Of a stretch of 64,000 bases of DNA, positions 37,795-51,944 are shown in pieces. A program made the position numbers and the translations under genes. How positions within the stretch are numbered: the stretch's first letter is position 1; each line of letters starts with the position of its first letter. Location of the stretch: NCBI RefSeq assembly GCF_006345805.1, contig NC_042999.1:86986001-87050000 (forward strand), in the 5' to 3' direction. The notes below the pieces were generated by a model that did not search any database, was not told the origin of the DNA, and saw only the letters and a list, made by a program, of their open reading frames with translations. The stretch comes from Octopus sinensis. Its lineage: Eukaryota.

Positions 37795-38871
37795 CCCTTT
37801 CGTTACTATATTTCTGACCAAAATATACCCCTTATGTGTTTCAATTAATTTCTAACATAATCATAAATTTAGTCTGGTTTCAATAAACAACTATAACTTT
37901 TTTATTTATCAATATATTAATGTGATTTTTGGAAGATAATTTAATGAAATGTTCTCAACCAATTCTATACTATAATTTTTGTCACAAAGTGACTAATTGC
38001 AGGTAGATACAGGTAAATTCAACAAAATATAAAATTATTAAAATTTTGTTCAAACATCGCTATAGAAAATGGGTTATTAGCTAATATTCAATTGGGTATA
38101 CAACAAAATTTTACGATAGAATTTGTTATTCTGGGTAACTTTCTGATACCCATAATAATATTTATGGCAAAATAGTTTTAATTTCATTTAAGGTTGTGGG
38201 AAACCACTAACTATCCTTTCTTTTGCTTTGTTTACATTTAGCGTAACGGTTCGTTTCTGCCGTAATGATTTCAAATAGGCTCATTCGAAAAAGTAAAAAG
38301 AAATAGTCTAAGGCTTTACTCTCTTGGGAAAGTCTGTGGCTTGGTCCAGTTTCTTCAGAAAAATCACCAAAAGAAACAGTTTTTAAATTTTCACTCCATT
38401 CAGGTGCCAATTCATTTTCTTTAACGTTGTCAGAGCTCTCAGATTCACTGTTTTCACTTTCGGAAAATGAAATATCAGATTCATTATCAAATACCACGTG
38501 CTTTTTTTTTTTTCAGTCATAGAGTTAGATTTATCAAGGTCTTCAGTAGAAAATCCTTTGAATTCTGACTCGCTGCTTGATATAATGAAATTCATATCCA
38601 TTTTTTGTCAGAATTACAAATTTTGAAAACACAATAGGAACAAATTTCAGAAAAAAATCTCCCAAAATTTACGGAATTAAAATTACACTTTGATCGTTGT
38701 ACAAAACTGTAGATGAACTGTTTACGAAGTATAATCACTTGTTTTCATGAATGTACTAAAGAGATTTGCTCTGATATTCTCATTTAAATATGAATAGGTA
38801 AATACGGGCGGGTTTGGATGGTTTCGTCACATTAGCCAAAATTTTCTTTGGGCGGCTTCGTAACGAAAGGG
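37795..38871 (-). mobile_element. Internally deleted piggyBac element (1077 bp)
   Basis: TTAA|CCCTTTCGTTAC ... GTAACGAAAGGG|TTAA. Acidic N-terminus plus FSEETGPSHRL..ALDYFFLLF..IITAETNRYA (PGBD-type N-terminal motif); the catalytic core is absent. Confidence 0.93.
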
Positions 38872-39094
38872 TTAAATTACTACAATTACTAAATTGCCAG
38901 AACCTAGCAATATGTTATTGTCTGGACAATACTGATTTAAAATTTAGGAACTAAAATATGAAGTGAGTTTTAAAAAGGAGAGGACTTCTAATTTGAACAA
39001 TAAAATGACAGAATTACTGTAAAATTAATAAGTTTATAGCAATAACTTCATTTTACCAATTAACAAATAATAACACTGTAATTTTTGTCTGGTC

Positions 39095-39515
39095 ACATGT
39101 TATTTCTTATTTGCTTCTATCTGAAAATCAGAGAAAATGACTACTATTCCCTGCAAAATTTGCTTTTGTGACCTGGACATCAATGTTTTGAAACCAACCT
39201 ATTTTCCAATACATTTCAGACAGATTCAGCACTGAGTTGTTGAAGCAGAAATACTGTTATAGTAAATATTCTGCTCAATACCACAGATTTGCTTGACCAT
39301 AACCACTTGAGTATGTCCCCTAGTGGCTAAAAATATGAGCATTTCTGATCATGAGCAGTAGGAGAGCATCAAAGCCATGTGTAAAGAGGAATTCTTTGGA
39401 GTTTAAATAAATATAACAAAAGCAAAGTTTGAAGGAAATATTAAATATTTTTCATGCTTTCTAGAGATAAACAAATAGGAAACAGTTGCTACCCATAGAC
39501 AAAATCATGTTCCAG
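39095..39515. mobile_element. Composite MITE with ~75-bp imperfect TIRs (second copy at 51515-51945)
   Basis: attcccttcaaactttgcttttgtaac ... gtaacaaaagcaaaatttgaaggaaat (51.5-kb copy), plus ttatttgctt/aagcaaataa. The interior contains the first ~190 bp of the 9531-9990 element. Confidence 0.75.
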
Positions 39516-39649
39516 TGTAATTTCTCATATTATAGAAAAAGAATGTCATTGAATTGTTCCTAGCATAGCTGCTAAGTGACTATAGAGCCAACCTCTGTGT
39601 GATTTGAAATCAGGAAAAAAAAAAAAAAAAAAAGAAAAAGATGTAATTA

Positions 39650-41858
39650 AAAAACCACAGGAGTTTATTTTGTCTAAAATTACCATCACTGCCAAACCTG
39701 CATTTCCATTAATAATTCATTAATATAATTTGTTGTCATAATATTTTTCTCTCATACAGTTTATGATTTTAAACTTATCTTTGTAGACTTCAACTGTCAT
39801 TGGTACTAGCTGCAGTAGAAGTGTCTACTGATTTATTTAGTCTTATGATGACAAGTTCTTGTTCTTTGTCACTTTAAAATAAAAACAAGATGTTCCATGT
39901 CCACTTATCTCACCACGGTATCCCTCACACTTTTAGAAAAACTATTCTTCAGTAACTAGTAAGCCAAGTATTTATTTTAGTAATAAAACCCACATTAACT
40001 GTACGGTGTGGGCAAGGGGGTGTTTAACAGCTGTTAAAATTAATTGGCTATCCCTTTAGCTTATCAGTTACGAATTTAGAACTTTTTGGTAAAATAAAAT
40101 GTAGTGAAACAAACCCAAATATCTAATACTGACGCATAGATAATCTGTTTCCATATTAGGAACCAAAGGAACAAATATGGAATGAGGTAAAGTCTTCTAT
40201 GAAGATGATGACAATGTTTGAGATGGTGTAAGAAAACAGACCAAAAAGATTTAAAATGTATATGAAGCCCAGCTGCTCTCATCCAGAAGCTTTCTCAGCA
40301 TAATTATAGCTACACATATAACATGTCATTAAGAAAAGATGTTACATAACAGGTTGAAACCATTAAGAAATAAATTTATGTCATAAAACAAACAAAAAGG
40401 CAGAATCAAGTCATTGAGCATTAAATTATTAGAACTTAAATATAATAACCAAACTGCCTTCTAAAAACATGTGATATGGATACTATAAGAAGTTCAAGCA
40501 CTAGTCTAATAACAGATTCCAAATGTACCCAATATACAGTAAAAGGCCTTGATACCATTAGCAATTTCTGAAGTAATATTGAGTTTGTTTATTGTTACTT
40601 AGTGCAGAGTGTTACTAGATTATCTCAGAAATACTTCCTAATAACCTTGTAACTTGTTATGTAAACAGCCAACCTCCAAATGTGCATTGTATTTATATAA
40701 ATACAGACACACAATTCCTTAATCCTTTGAGGAAATATAGTTTGTAACAAAACTGCTTCTTATTGACAAATAAATATGGTGATGATAGATGCCTATAAAT
40801 TCTAATTACAAATGTAACTAGTTTCATATGTATACTACTAGTATTTTGCAACCATGCTTCTGCTACTCTATCGTTATCAACCATTAACAGTATTAACTTA
40901 TACAATATATTACCTACTTATAAAATTAATATAAATGATATATATAAAGCATACAAATCCTTTAAAAATTACTGATAAAAGATTTTACTCAATATTTGAA
41001 AAGTGATGAATTTATTTGATCCAATAATTCCATACAAGTGATGCTATATGCATTCAGACTCATCAGCTTTTTGCTTTATATAGGTAGAATATAATTCTCG
41101 AGTTCAAAAGAGAGAGTAAATTAAGGAAGGAAGCAAACCAATGCAAGAGATGTATCTTGACAGAAATGGTAACCATTTCAACAGAGCTGTATAAATGATA
41201 GAGAAACAGATATGCACCAGACAATCTTGAGGCCGCTGAAAGGCTAAACAGTGGCTCAGTTCCACCATGCATATGAATGCAAAATCAGCTTGCCTGCAAA
41301 TTGTACAGCACACACAGAAAATAGTATAAATAGAAAAAATAAAAATTCAAAACATTACTGAAGCAACATTGGAGCAGGATGGAGGGAAGGCATTGTAGTT
41401 ACAATAAAAAGGGATCTTGCTATTCTTTAAGCTTTATAAAATGTTAGAAGAAAGAGAAGAAAAGAAAAGCAAAGAGAAAAGGATATATAAGCAGGATAGT
41501 GTCTTTATGTCTGTATTGAATCAGTTTCAGCTTGATGTAGAACCAGCATGGATGACATACAGACCTGTCAAGAAATTACTGTCTAGCAAAATATCAATGT
41601 TGGCTCAATGATAACCAACTTTCACATGTGGTAAACAATGTTCTCAGTAAATTCTCCATTTGTTTTAATACAATCAATTTTTTCTTTTTTGATATATTTT
41701 ATTATTAAATTTATTAGATGATCCACAAATGAATTGTGGCAAGAAATTTTTCTCATGTTGAGTGGCAGATGAAACTGAATGTGTTTAAATCAAGTCAACA
41801 TTTGAGAAGAACGATGAGACAGGCTCTTGATGTACACCGTACTTAAAACTCATCTGAC
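39650..41858 (-). other. rap1: Predicted non-coding terminal (3' UTR) exon of Rap1; the 3' end is uncertain
   Basis: On the minus strand a TTAAC branch-like site, the tract cattttctattttcttattcAG| at 41860-41859, and AATAAA near 41715 and ~39665, in repeat-poor AT-rich sequence. Confidence 0.45.
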
Positions 41859-43897
41859 CTGAATAAGAAAATAGAAAATGCAGTTAATATGAAGTAAAGA
41901 AAATTTGACATTCTTAGATATCAAGTAAAACAAGTCTTAATTAACAACATCAAGGAAAGAGCACCATACGAGCATGATCATTGACAGAGTGGCTAACCGG
42001 TTTCCGTGCCAGTGGCATTTAAAAGGCACCATTCGAGCGTGATCGTTACCAGCGTCACCTTACTGGCACTTGTGCCCGTGCTAGTACGGTGCCAAGAGCA
42101 CCATCTGAGTGTGATCGTTGCCAGAGCAGCCAACTGGCTTCCATGCCAGTGGCACGTGTAAAAGGATTCGAGCGAGATCATTGCCAGTACCGCCTGACTG
42201 GCCCCTGTGCCAGTGGCACGTAAAAAGCACCCACTACACTCTCGGAGTGGTTGGCATTAAGAAGGGCATCCAGCTGTAGAAACTCTGCCAAATCAAGATT
42301 GGAGACTGGTGCAACCATCTGGTTCGCCAGCCCTCAGTCAAAATCATCCAACCCATGCTAGCATGGAAAGCGGACGTTAAACGATGATGATGAAAAAAAA
42401 AATATTAAATATAAAAATGTATTAAAACATCTTCAAAAATCAAACCATCAAAATAAGCAACTCTATACTTGAGAAAATAATTTTCAAAATCAGAATTTCT
42501 ATATTTAGATTTTCAAGAATGCTTTAGCTTTTATCTCTGAACACTAACATTAATATTAGATGTCAATAAATGGCCATTAAAACAGCTACTGGGCTTTTAT
42601 CAAGTAACATAAAAACAGCTTTATTTCTGTCAGTAGCATCTCTGCCTATCTCCTAACAGCATTCTTATAAACCTTTACTTCCAAAAGAAATCATCAGTCA
42701 TACACTCTCTACTATTCTCTTTAACAGTCAAATTTGATTTAATATTATGCTATCTGAACATTATCAAATTTGCACAGCTTAACTTTTAAACTATTACATG
42801 AATAAATTTCATTTCAGATTAAACTTATCTTCAAGCTAGTTTCTCCACATGAATTTATTTTCAACTATGAAATTATGTATGTCAAGCTTCTCTTCAAAAA
42901 CACCCAAATGATGGAGACAATTACAAACTCTTGGTACTTGACTCATTAGCATAAAATATAGGATTAAAAAAAAAAAACTTTCACCAGCAATGATTCCATC
43001 AGTATGCCATGATAATGATCCCAGACATTTGAAAATGACAGAAACCATGTTAGCTTTTGAACTTAATATTAGTAAAACCTTAGATCAATTCACATCGTCT
43101 ATACTTGAAAATATATATTATACTAATGGGTATATGTTAAACACTAATATCTCTTTCTATAAACTGGGATGGGATTTTTTTCTTACTACTGTTCTCTTCA
43201 ATGATTATCTATCAGTTACCATTAACCCTCTATCCACATGAAAGCAACTAATCTTTTAATACTGAATTTCTCACCTTAAACACTACAAACCTACTTCTTG
43301 TAGGCAATTTCTTACATATCTCATTTGTATCTGCCAAACTTACTAACTTCACAATCTATACACAAAAACATATTTTATTCAACATTTTGCTTATTACCAT
43401 TTTCATAATGCAGTATATGCATAATTAAATCTTTTTCATCTCATATTTCCATTGACCTACTGTCAATGTTAAAATTCTATTAATTTCACTAATCTAACCC
43501 ATTCTCCACACTTCACCATTCTAAGAGGGCATATTCTCCACCTCCTTATCCCAACACATACATAAAAATAATTTCTTCAAAACAACTGTTCTGAACAGAT
43601 ATTAAAATTATCGGAAAGGTTCTCAATACACTAAACTAGAAAGCCCAACATAATTTCTAGAACTATAATTTACTCAGTAACATTCACTAGAATAATCTTG
43701 AACAACCTTGTTTCTAGAAATCCACAATTTTAAATAAAAGTACAGAAAGATTTTTCAAGGACAATTATTACCAGAATCATACAAAAGTCAAAAGCAGAAC
43801 AACTTTTCAAAAGGAAAGACAGTTCAGAAGTTCCAAGAATTTGAATCATTAGCTTTTTATTAAACTGATAAATACTAACCTGGATGCAAATAAAACT

Positions 43898-43990
43898 TTA
43901 GAGAAGTACACAGTTTGAACTTTTCTTTCGGCCCTTGTCTCTTTTTTCTGGGTTTTTCTTGTTAATTAGTCGAACCAAGTCATAAAATAT
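43898..43990 (-). CDS. rap1: Rap1 last coding exon
   Basis: Encodes IFYDLVRLINKKNPEKRDKGRKKSSNCVLL* (polybasic region plus CVLL CaaX). cccAG acceptor; CAG|GTTAGT donor at 43880/43879, 18 nt after the stop. Confidence 0.95.
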   Translation of the reverse strand: MFYDLVRLINKKNPEKRDKGRKKSSNCVLL

Positions 43991-45844
43991 CTGGGCAGAA
44001 AAAGAAACAAAGAAATACTAGGAAAATATTCCAGCCATGACAATCAAAAAGTAGTAATCTAATATGAATAAATATATTTCCAGACCATGAATTGTTAAGG
44101 ATGAAAGATCCTCACTCAGTTTGATATGTGATTGTGGAAAAAAGACAAACTCTTAGCATAATAACCATTTCCAGTGCAAGTCGCCAGACATTGCATATGT
44201 AAACATTATTTAGGAAAAAAATATTGTCATCACTTAATATCCATACTGGCATGGGCTGGACAGTCTCACTGAAGCTGGCAAGCTAGAGGATCATGCCAAG
44301 TTCTACAGTCTCCTTCCGTAGGTTTCTATGTCTGGATCAACTTCCTAACACCAAATATAAAAATCAAAATGTAGAAATTTCCTGAAACCATCTTTTATAT
44401 ATTTCTTACATTAATATTCTGCCTAATGTGTATTTCCTCTACACATCTTGCATATTTTTCATTTGTTTCTGCAACAATTTTGTTAATTGATTAAAGTAGA
44501 TTTTCAAAATTGTATCACCATGTAACTATAGGAAACTTCAAACAAATTTAGGATATATGATTCCTGTAGATTCTCAATGCCTATGAAATGATATTAGAAA
44601 AACAATCTTTATAGAAGCCCATCTTTAAATACAAATTTAAGAGCTAAAAATACTGTCATGAAAGCTGGGGCAATAATTCATTTTCTTTTCTTTGATTGGT
44701 CTTTTTGTCCAACACATACAGGGCCACGAGAAACTTTTATAACTTTATATACGTTTCATGAGGCAAGATGTGTAAATTTTGGTTTCCTTTGACCTCTTGG
44801 TCCAGGTCAGAATTACTAAAACAGAAAAAGTCATTATCATTAATAAAATATGAAGGCTGTTGGAAAATTTAACCTCTATTAGCACAGATGGCATTTTCAC
44901 CAACTGACATCAAAATTTCATCTTCAAACAAATCCTGATTTAAGATATCCAATGAGCAGGCAGTACTTCACTTAGCTATTCAAACTATGGTCATTTGATT
45001 GTTTTATTAAGTTTGTTGTTCTGTAAATTTCAGTTTAGTGGCTTGTTCTGTAAAACTCCATGTTCTATATTACTCATAAGTCAGGGTTTTCACTTAAAAA
45101 TTCATTTAAAATAAATACTAAATGCCACTTATCTACTGAACCTAAGTCTGGGATTGGAATTCATCTACATACACTTACAATGGTAAATGAGTGAATATAA
45201 AGGGCAGGTTGGTCATGTCAATACTCAGACTATCACAATTGTAACATCTTGGTGACATGTATTAAAACAAAAACTGCTTAAGCAAGATTCAATTCAGCTG
45301 CAACACATATGTGCCTGTAATAATATGCCATTTCATGAATTCATATATAATATGCCTTCCATGTGTATGAAACATATGCATAATTTTCTATCTGTCAGCT
45401 GTAACCAAAAGCCCATTAGATGCAGTACAAATTGTCAATCAGCAACAGCAATTTAAGAGAGCTGGATAATTTGTTTGTACAGGAATTTATCATAGAAACA
45501 TTGCTATGAAACCTACAGTTCCAGGACCTAGCTACATTATATAAATAATGATGGGGTTAATATCAATAAAATAATTTTTTTTTTATTATTTAAACACTTG
45601 TTAGTACAATTGCAAATGATATTTACAAAAAGCAACATGCAACTCGAAGGGGATGCACCTTATATAAAAGTATATATGGTAACCCTATAATCTTATTCAC
45701 TTCCTTACTTTAATCAAAACAAGACTTTAATTAGTGGTAAATTAATAGTCTTATAAAGGAGAAAGTTACAAAGCTGGTAAAAAATATAATATTGAAAAAA
45801 ATACAAACTATGAAAGCTAATAATCTAATTAGACAAAATGGGAA

Positions 45845-46262
45845 TCTATCTTATATACTAAAAGGCAAGTTGTCTGTCTGTGTGTTGTGTGAACCATTTC
45901 TACTGCTACAATTTTCATTTGAATTTCACCAAATTTGACATGTGTGCTCTCTTTTACTTAGAACACTTTTTCTTACAATTTTTTCCTTGAAATTCCACGC
46001 CTCCAATATAAACAGACTGCCCTCAATTCGCCTAGGATTTGAACCCACCACATCTATGCAACAGTATGCGTGTGATATCATATTAAAAGGCAAGTTGCTT
46101 GTGTGTGTGTGTTATGTAAACCACATCAACTCCTAGAATTTTCAACCGAATGTCACCAAATTTGAGGTGTGCTCTCTTTGACTTCGGATGCTTTTTCTTA
46201 TCAATTTTTCCTCGAAATTCTGCACTTCCAATATAGACTACTCTCAATTCACCTAGGATTTG
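45845..46262 (+). mobile_element. Two diverged tandem ~225-bp Helitron-like 5' segments in a Rap1 intron
   Basis: a|TCTATCTTATATACTAAAAGGCAAG start. aaaaggcaagttg..tcaccaaatttga..gtgtgctctc..ctcaattc.cctaggattt is present twice. Confidence 0.6.
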
Positions 46263-46914
46263 GCTTGAGCCAGCGAAAAAATGCGACACATACCCAGTTG
46301 GAAAGAATCAATGCTTTACTTTGTCAGCTGTGGCTAGCTCTTATCGCCTGCTCGCAAAGTCCAGCCAGCAGTATTCATTTGTAAGTTACAATTTGTCTCT
46401 GTTTTCACATGAGCACTCTTTTTCATATAATTATTCCAACATAAACTAGCCAATTCAAAACTCTTACAAAAAATTTAAAATCCTTAATTCGGTCAGTTTG
46501 ATTAACATTTTTGCCAACTACATTTTACTACATATATATCATCATCATCATTGTTTTACGTCTGCTTTCCATGCTAGCATAGGCTGGACGATTTGACTGA
46601 GGTCTGGCGAACCAGATGGCTGCACCAGGCTCCAATCTGATCTGGCAGGGTTTCTACAGCTGGATGCCCTTCCTAATGCCAACCACTCCGAGAGTGTAGT
46701 GGGTGCTTTTATGTGCCACTGGCACTGGCAATGGGGGCTATGCCAGTGGCACTGGCAATGACCTCGCTCGAATGTTTTTTTTTCACGAGCCACCAGCACA
46801 AGTGCTAGTAATACAAATGGTGTTTTTAACGTGCCATCGGCACAGAGGCCAGCTTATTGCTCTGGCAACGATCTCACTCGTATGGTACTCTTAGCGCTCC
46901 ACTAGCAACGGATG

Positions 46915-48385
46915 GCAGTCACCGAGTTTAATTTCGATTTCACTTGCCTCAACAGGTCTTCGCAAGCAGAGTTTAGTGTCCAATGAAGAAAAGGTATGCA
47001 TAAGTGGGCTGGTTACACCCCTGGCATAGGCCACGGGCTATGGTCTCATTTGGCTTGCTGGGTCTTCTCAAGCACAGCATATTTCCAAAGGTCTCAGTCA
47101 CTAGTCATTTCCACGGTGAGGCCTAATGTTCAAAGGTCATGCTTCACCATCTCATCCCAGGTCTTCCTAGATCTACCTCTTCCACATATTCCCTCAACCA
47201 CTAGGGTTTGGCACTTTTTCACACAGCTATCTACATCCATTCTCGCCACATGACTATACCAGCGCAGTCGTCTCTCTTGAACACCACATCTGATGCTTCT
47301 TAGGTCCAACCTTTCTCTCAAGGCACTAACACTGTCGAATATGCTCACTGACATTACACATCCATCGGAGCATGCTGGCTTCATTCCTTGTGAGTTTACG
47401 CATGTCTTCAGCAGTCGCGGCCTATGTTTCAATGCCATGTAGCATGGCTATTCATACACATGCGTCATACAGTCTACTTTTTACTCTGAGCAAGAGGCCC
47501 TTTGTTACCAGCAGAGGTAAGAGCTCTCTGAACTTAGCCCAGGCTATTCTTATTCTAGCAGCTACACTTTCAGCGCACCCTCCTGACTTGGTCACCTAGG
47601 TAACAGAAGCTATCAACTACTTCTAGTTTTTCTCCCTGGAATGTGGTGGAAGTTGTTCTCTGCACATTTTCAGTGTTATTTATAGCTAGCAAGCATCTGC
47701 CACATACAAAAGCTATCCTCCCAGTTAGCCTTCTTTTGATATTGCTGCACCTCTTATGTGTCCATTGGGTACATCTTATAGGGTTTCTACATATGCCTTT
47801 TCTACAGATCGAGCAGGGCCATCTACCTGAAGGGATTTGTGGTTTGCCTGCCTTCCTACTTATTAGGACTTTGGTTTGACCGTTGCCAGCGCCGCCCCGA
47901 CTGGCCTCGTGCCGGTGGCACATTAAAAAGCACCATCCGTTCGTGTCCGTTGCCAGCCTCGCCTGGCCCCCATGCCGGTGGCACGTAAAAGCACCATCCG
48001 TTTGTCAGCTCCATCTGGCACCTGTGCCGGTGGCACGTAAAAAGCACCCACCACACTCACGGAGTGGTTGGCATTAGGAAGGGCATCCAGCCGTAGAAAC
48101 ACTGCCAGATCAGACTGGGCCTGATGCAGCCTTCTGGCTTCACAGACCCCAGTTGAACCATCCAACCCATGCTAGCATGGAAAGCGGACGCTAAATGATG
48201 ATGTTTTAGCTAGGTTGATTCTAAGGCCCTTCGATTCTAATCCTTGTTTCCACACTTGAAACTTCTCTAGTTCTGATAGTGACTCAGCAATTAGAGCAAG
48301 ATCATCAGCATAGAGGAGCTCCCAGGGGGCATCCTGTCTTGAATTCCTCAGCAGATATGATCCAGCACCGTCCATTGGATGAGGG
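46915..48385 (-). mobile_element. RTE-clade LINE 3' half, interrupted by a family-D SINE
   Basis: Pieces read APWELLYADDL (RT motif), KLEVVDSFCYLGD and RRLRWYSHVARM..GRGRSRKTWDEMV. Confidence 0.9.
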
Positions 48386-48879
48386 GGGAGGGGCATTTTG
48401 CTTGTATATGTATATGTGTGTGTGTAAAAGTTTTTTTATCCCCTCCCCAATCACCTGATTACAATTCTTGCTTTGTTTTCATCCCCATAACTTAGCCTTC
48501 AGGCAAAACACTCCAGTGGCTTACAAAGAATAAATCTTGGGGTCAATTTCTTCCACTAAAGGCAGTGCTGCAGCATGTCCCCAGTCACATGACTGAAATA
48601 AGTAAATGAATAAAAAACTATGCCATTTTAGTCCCGATCAACACCAGGTATCTCTACTAGTATATACAGAAAAATGTAATTTAGAATTCAGATTAGAAAA
48701 TTATATGACAGCATATAATATTACAAGATCTTAACTGATATCAGCAACATCTTGCTGAGTTAGTTATAGCCCTAGGCTGACCAAAGATACTTTAACTGGA
48801 GTAGAAGTATCACCAAAATCTGTTGCAAAGGAAAAGGAGTTAAAATGGTAGGGAAACTGACCAAAACTTCATGAATGGA

Positions 48880-50145
48880 TTTGGTAGAGACATTACCCGA
48901 ATCACTGATGGCAGCTCCTGGGTGGATGTTTACCTGGAGTTTGCTAAGGCTTTTAATTCTGTGCCACAAAAAAGACTTATGGTGAAACTCTCTGCAATGG
49001 GTGTAAGAGATGATCTCTATAACTGGTTGAAGTCCTTCCTTATTGGCCGAAAAGAAGTTGTCACAGTTCTAGGACAGCGTTCTTCACCCTATGAGATGAC
49101 ATCTGGTGTACCACAGGGATCTGTTCTTAGCCCCCTTTTATTTGTTGCATATGTTAATGACATAGATGCTAACTTAAAGCATGCCACAGTGCTGAAATAT
49201 GCAGATGACATCAAACTGTACCTCGAAATAAAGACGACAGATCCTGTACACTATAGATCTTTATTGCAATCAGACCTGGACACTATGCAGCAGTGGATCA
49301 TGGACTGGCAACTCAAGCTGGCTGTGGACAAATGTACCACCATGCATTTTGGGAGGAAAAACCCAGTGTCTAATTACTCCCTCCACAACACTAATCTCAA
49401 AAAGTTTTCCTGTGAATGTGACTTGGGCATTATTGTCAACAGCGATTTGCGTTGGACAAAACACATTGCTAAAATTGCCAAGAAGGCTGAGGGTGTCTTG
49501 GCATCATTTACCAAGTCCTTTGTGAGCCGCTCTCCGGCTATCTATAGCTATGGTGCGGCCTCACCTGGAATTTGCATCACCTATCTGTAACCCCTATCTT
49601 GCCCAGGATATTAATCGTCTGGAAACCGTTCAGTGATGTGCAACCAAGAGAATACCCTCCATCAGGCATTTGCCATATTCTGAATGCCTTATTTCCCTGG
49701 GCATGGATACATTGAAACTCCGATGTCTGGCAGCTGACTTGGCAGACACCCATAAAATTATTAACCATCTTACTAACAATAACTCTAAGCACCTTTTCAA
49801 ACTCCACTTGTCTAACACCTGTGGACATGTTTACAAAGTCAGAAAACAGCACAGCTCCCATGACTTTCGGAAACATTTTTTCACGCTAAGAGCTGCTGAA
49901 GCATGGAACAGACTGCCAGCATCAGATGTTAGTTGTCGGAGCACTGCATCCTTCAAAACTTCCATGCTCCCTGAGATTCGCCAACACTACACCTGATTTT
50001 CTCCCCTCCATACACACGCAAGCATGTATCTGACTCATACACTGTACACTTCCCAGACATTTGTACATTACTGCATATGCTTTATACACACTTTTGACAA
50101 GTTGTGGTGCACCTGAGCACTGCATATAATAATTTCATTATCATT
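48880..50145 (+). mobile_element. 5'-truncated CR1-group LINE, antisense in a Rap1 intron
   Basis: ORF 48871-49590 reads VYLEFAKAFNSVP..SGVPQGSVLSPLLF..YADDIKLY; the C-terminus FFTLRAAEAWNRLP is in a shifted frame; (att)-rich tail. Confidence 0.93.
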
Positions 50146-50428
50146 ATATATTATTTTTAAACAGAGAGAGAGAGAGGTGTGTGTGTGTGTGTGTGTGCGT
50201 GTTGTATATGTTTGTACCTTTTTGATATCTCATGATAGCTGTAAATGAGTGTCAGCCATACAAGAAGTGTCATTCATTTCCAATACTCTGTAAGAATATG
50301 TCTGACAATGGGGGAAATATTATCTTGCTTGGAAATAGGTGAGGGGTTTCTGAGAGGAAGGACATCCAACCACAGAAACAGAATGGTAAAGGTGGACATA
50401 TGATGATTAATCATAAGCTGTATCTTAC

Positions 50429-50569
50429 CTCATTGACATTGATTTTTGACTTGGCTGAAGTTTCCAAAAAGCCACAATTAAATTGCCTTGCCAAATTAGT
50501 ACCTTGGTCTTTACCCACAACACGCTCATCCTCCAAGTCACATTTGTTACCCACTAGAAGCATGGGTAC
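50429..50569 (-). CDS. rap1: Rap1 coding exon (141 nt)
   Basis: Encodes [47 protein letters not shown] (NKCD and SAK motifs); cAG and GAG|GTAAGA boundaries. Confidence 0.96.
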
Positions 50570-51399
50570 CTGTGAAAAGAATATGAAAAAAAGTTAAAAT
50601 CAGAGCTATGCAGAGGATTTTTTTTTTTAATTATGGAAGGCTTTTTAATTATGGAAGGTTAAGTGATGATGAAACCTAATTTGAAATTTAATAGGTTTGG
50701 TTTGATGTATATTTCAATATGTAAAATTCTGAAAATTGAGATAATTATATAAAATACTGAAGCAAGAATACAGTTTGAAATCTAACTTCTAACCTAATTA
50801 TAAATTCATTTTCAACATTAATATTATCATTCAAAAAACAAAAAAGATAATCAACAATTACCACAGCAATCAATGATGTTCAGACATAATTTTAAAAATT
50901 AGAATCATCTTAGCATAGATATAATTTGTCTACATTAAAATATATTGAAATAATTTGATTTAACAATTAGTATTTTTAAATGACAAACCAGTCATTTTAA
51001 TCAGAACATTTAAGCACCGAAACAAGTCTAAGATTATATGAAGGCAAAAGCAATTCTTGCTATAGAAAGCATAACATGAATACTATCTAGAAAAACAAAT
51101 GAAATTAGCAGAAATTATACACAAATGCACACAACTCAGAGTTGAAGTAACATCACTATGTTTTAAAATCTGTGGATAGAGATAATGAATAGAAAGGGAT
51201 TGAGAACTAATCTCTGGTGAACACCTATTTACCACCAACATTATTTTTCAAGCACACTCAGAGTGTGAACTTAGCTCAGAGCATTTTTTTGCAACTGCCT
51301 CATTAGAAATATAGCTTCTAGGTTTGAAAGCAATCCATCTTGCTTTACGACTAAGCTAACCTTATCTTGAACTTGTCAATTTTCAAGACTGTGTAACAA

Positions 51400-51475
51400 A
51401 ATTCAAGACTGTGTAACAAATTCAAGACTGTGTAACAAATTCAAGACTGTGTAACAAAACACTGTGTAACAAAAT
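51400..51475. repeat. Short tandem repeat of a 19-20-bp unit (aattcaagactgtgtaaca)
   Basis: About four copies plus a partial one. Confidence 0.9.
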
Positions 51476-51944
51476 TTTTATTTTTTGTTTATTTTGGTCT
51501 TTGGTCAGTAAGTGTTGTTTCTTATTTGCTTCTATCTAAAATTCAAAAGGAAATTACTATTCCCTTCAAACTTTGCTTTTGTAACCTGGACATCAATGTT
51601 TCAAAACTGGTCTATTTTCCATTACATTTCAGACAGATTCAACTCTGAGTTGCTGAAGAAGAAATATTGTTATAGCAAATATTCTGTTCAACACCATAGA
51701 TTTGCTTGTCAGTTGCTTGACCATAACCACTTAAGCATGTCCCTTAGTGGCTGACAATAGGTGCATCTCTAATCATGAGCAAGAGTAGCAGGAGAGCATC
51801 AAACCCATATGTTGAGAGGGATTCTTTGGAGTTTGGAATAAATGTAACAAAAGCAAAATTTGAAGGAAATATTTACCATTTTTCATGTTTTCTAGGGGTA
51901 AGCAAATAATAACAGTTGCTACCCAAGGACAAAAATCATGTCTT

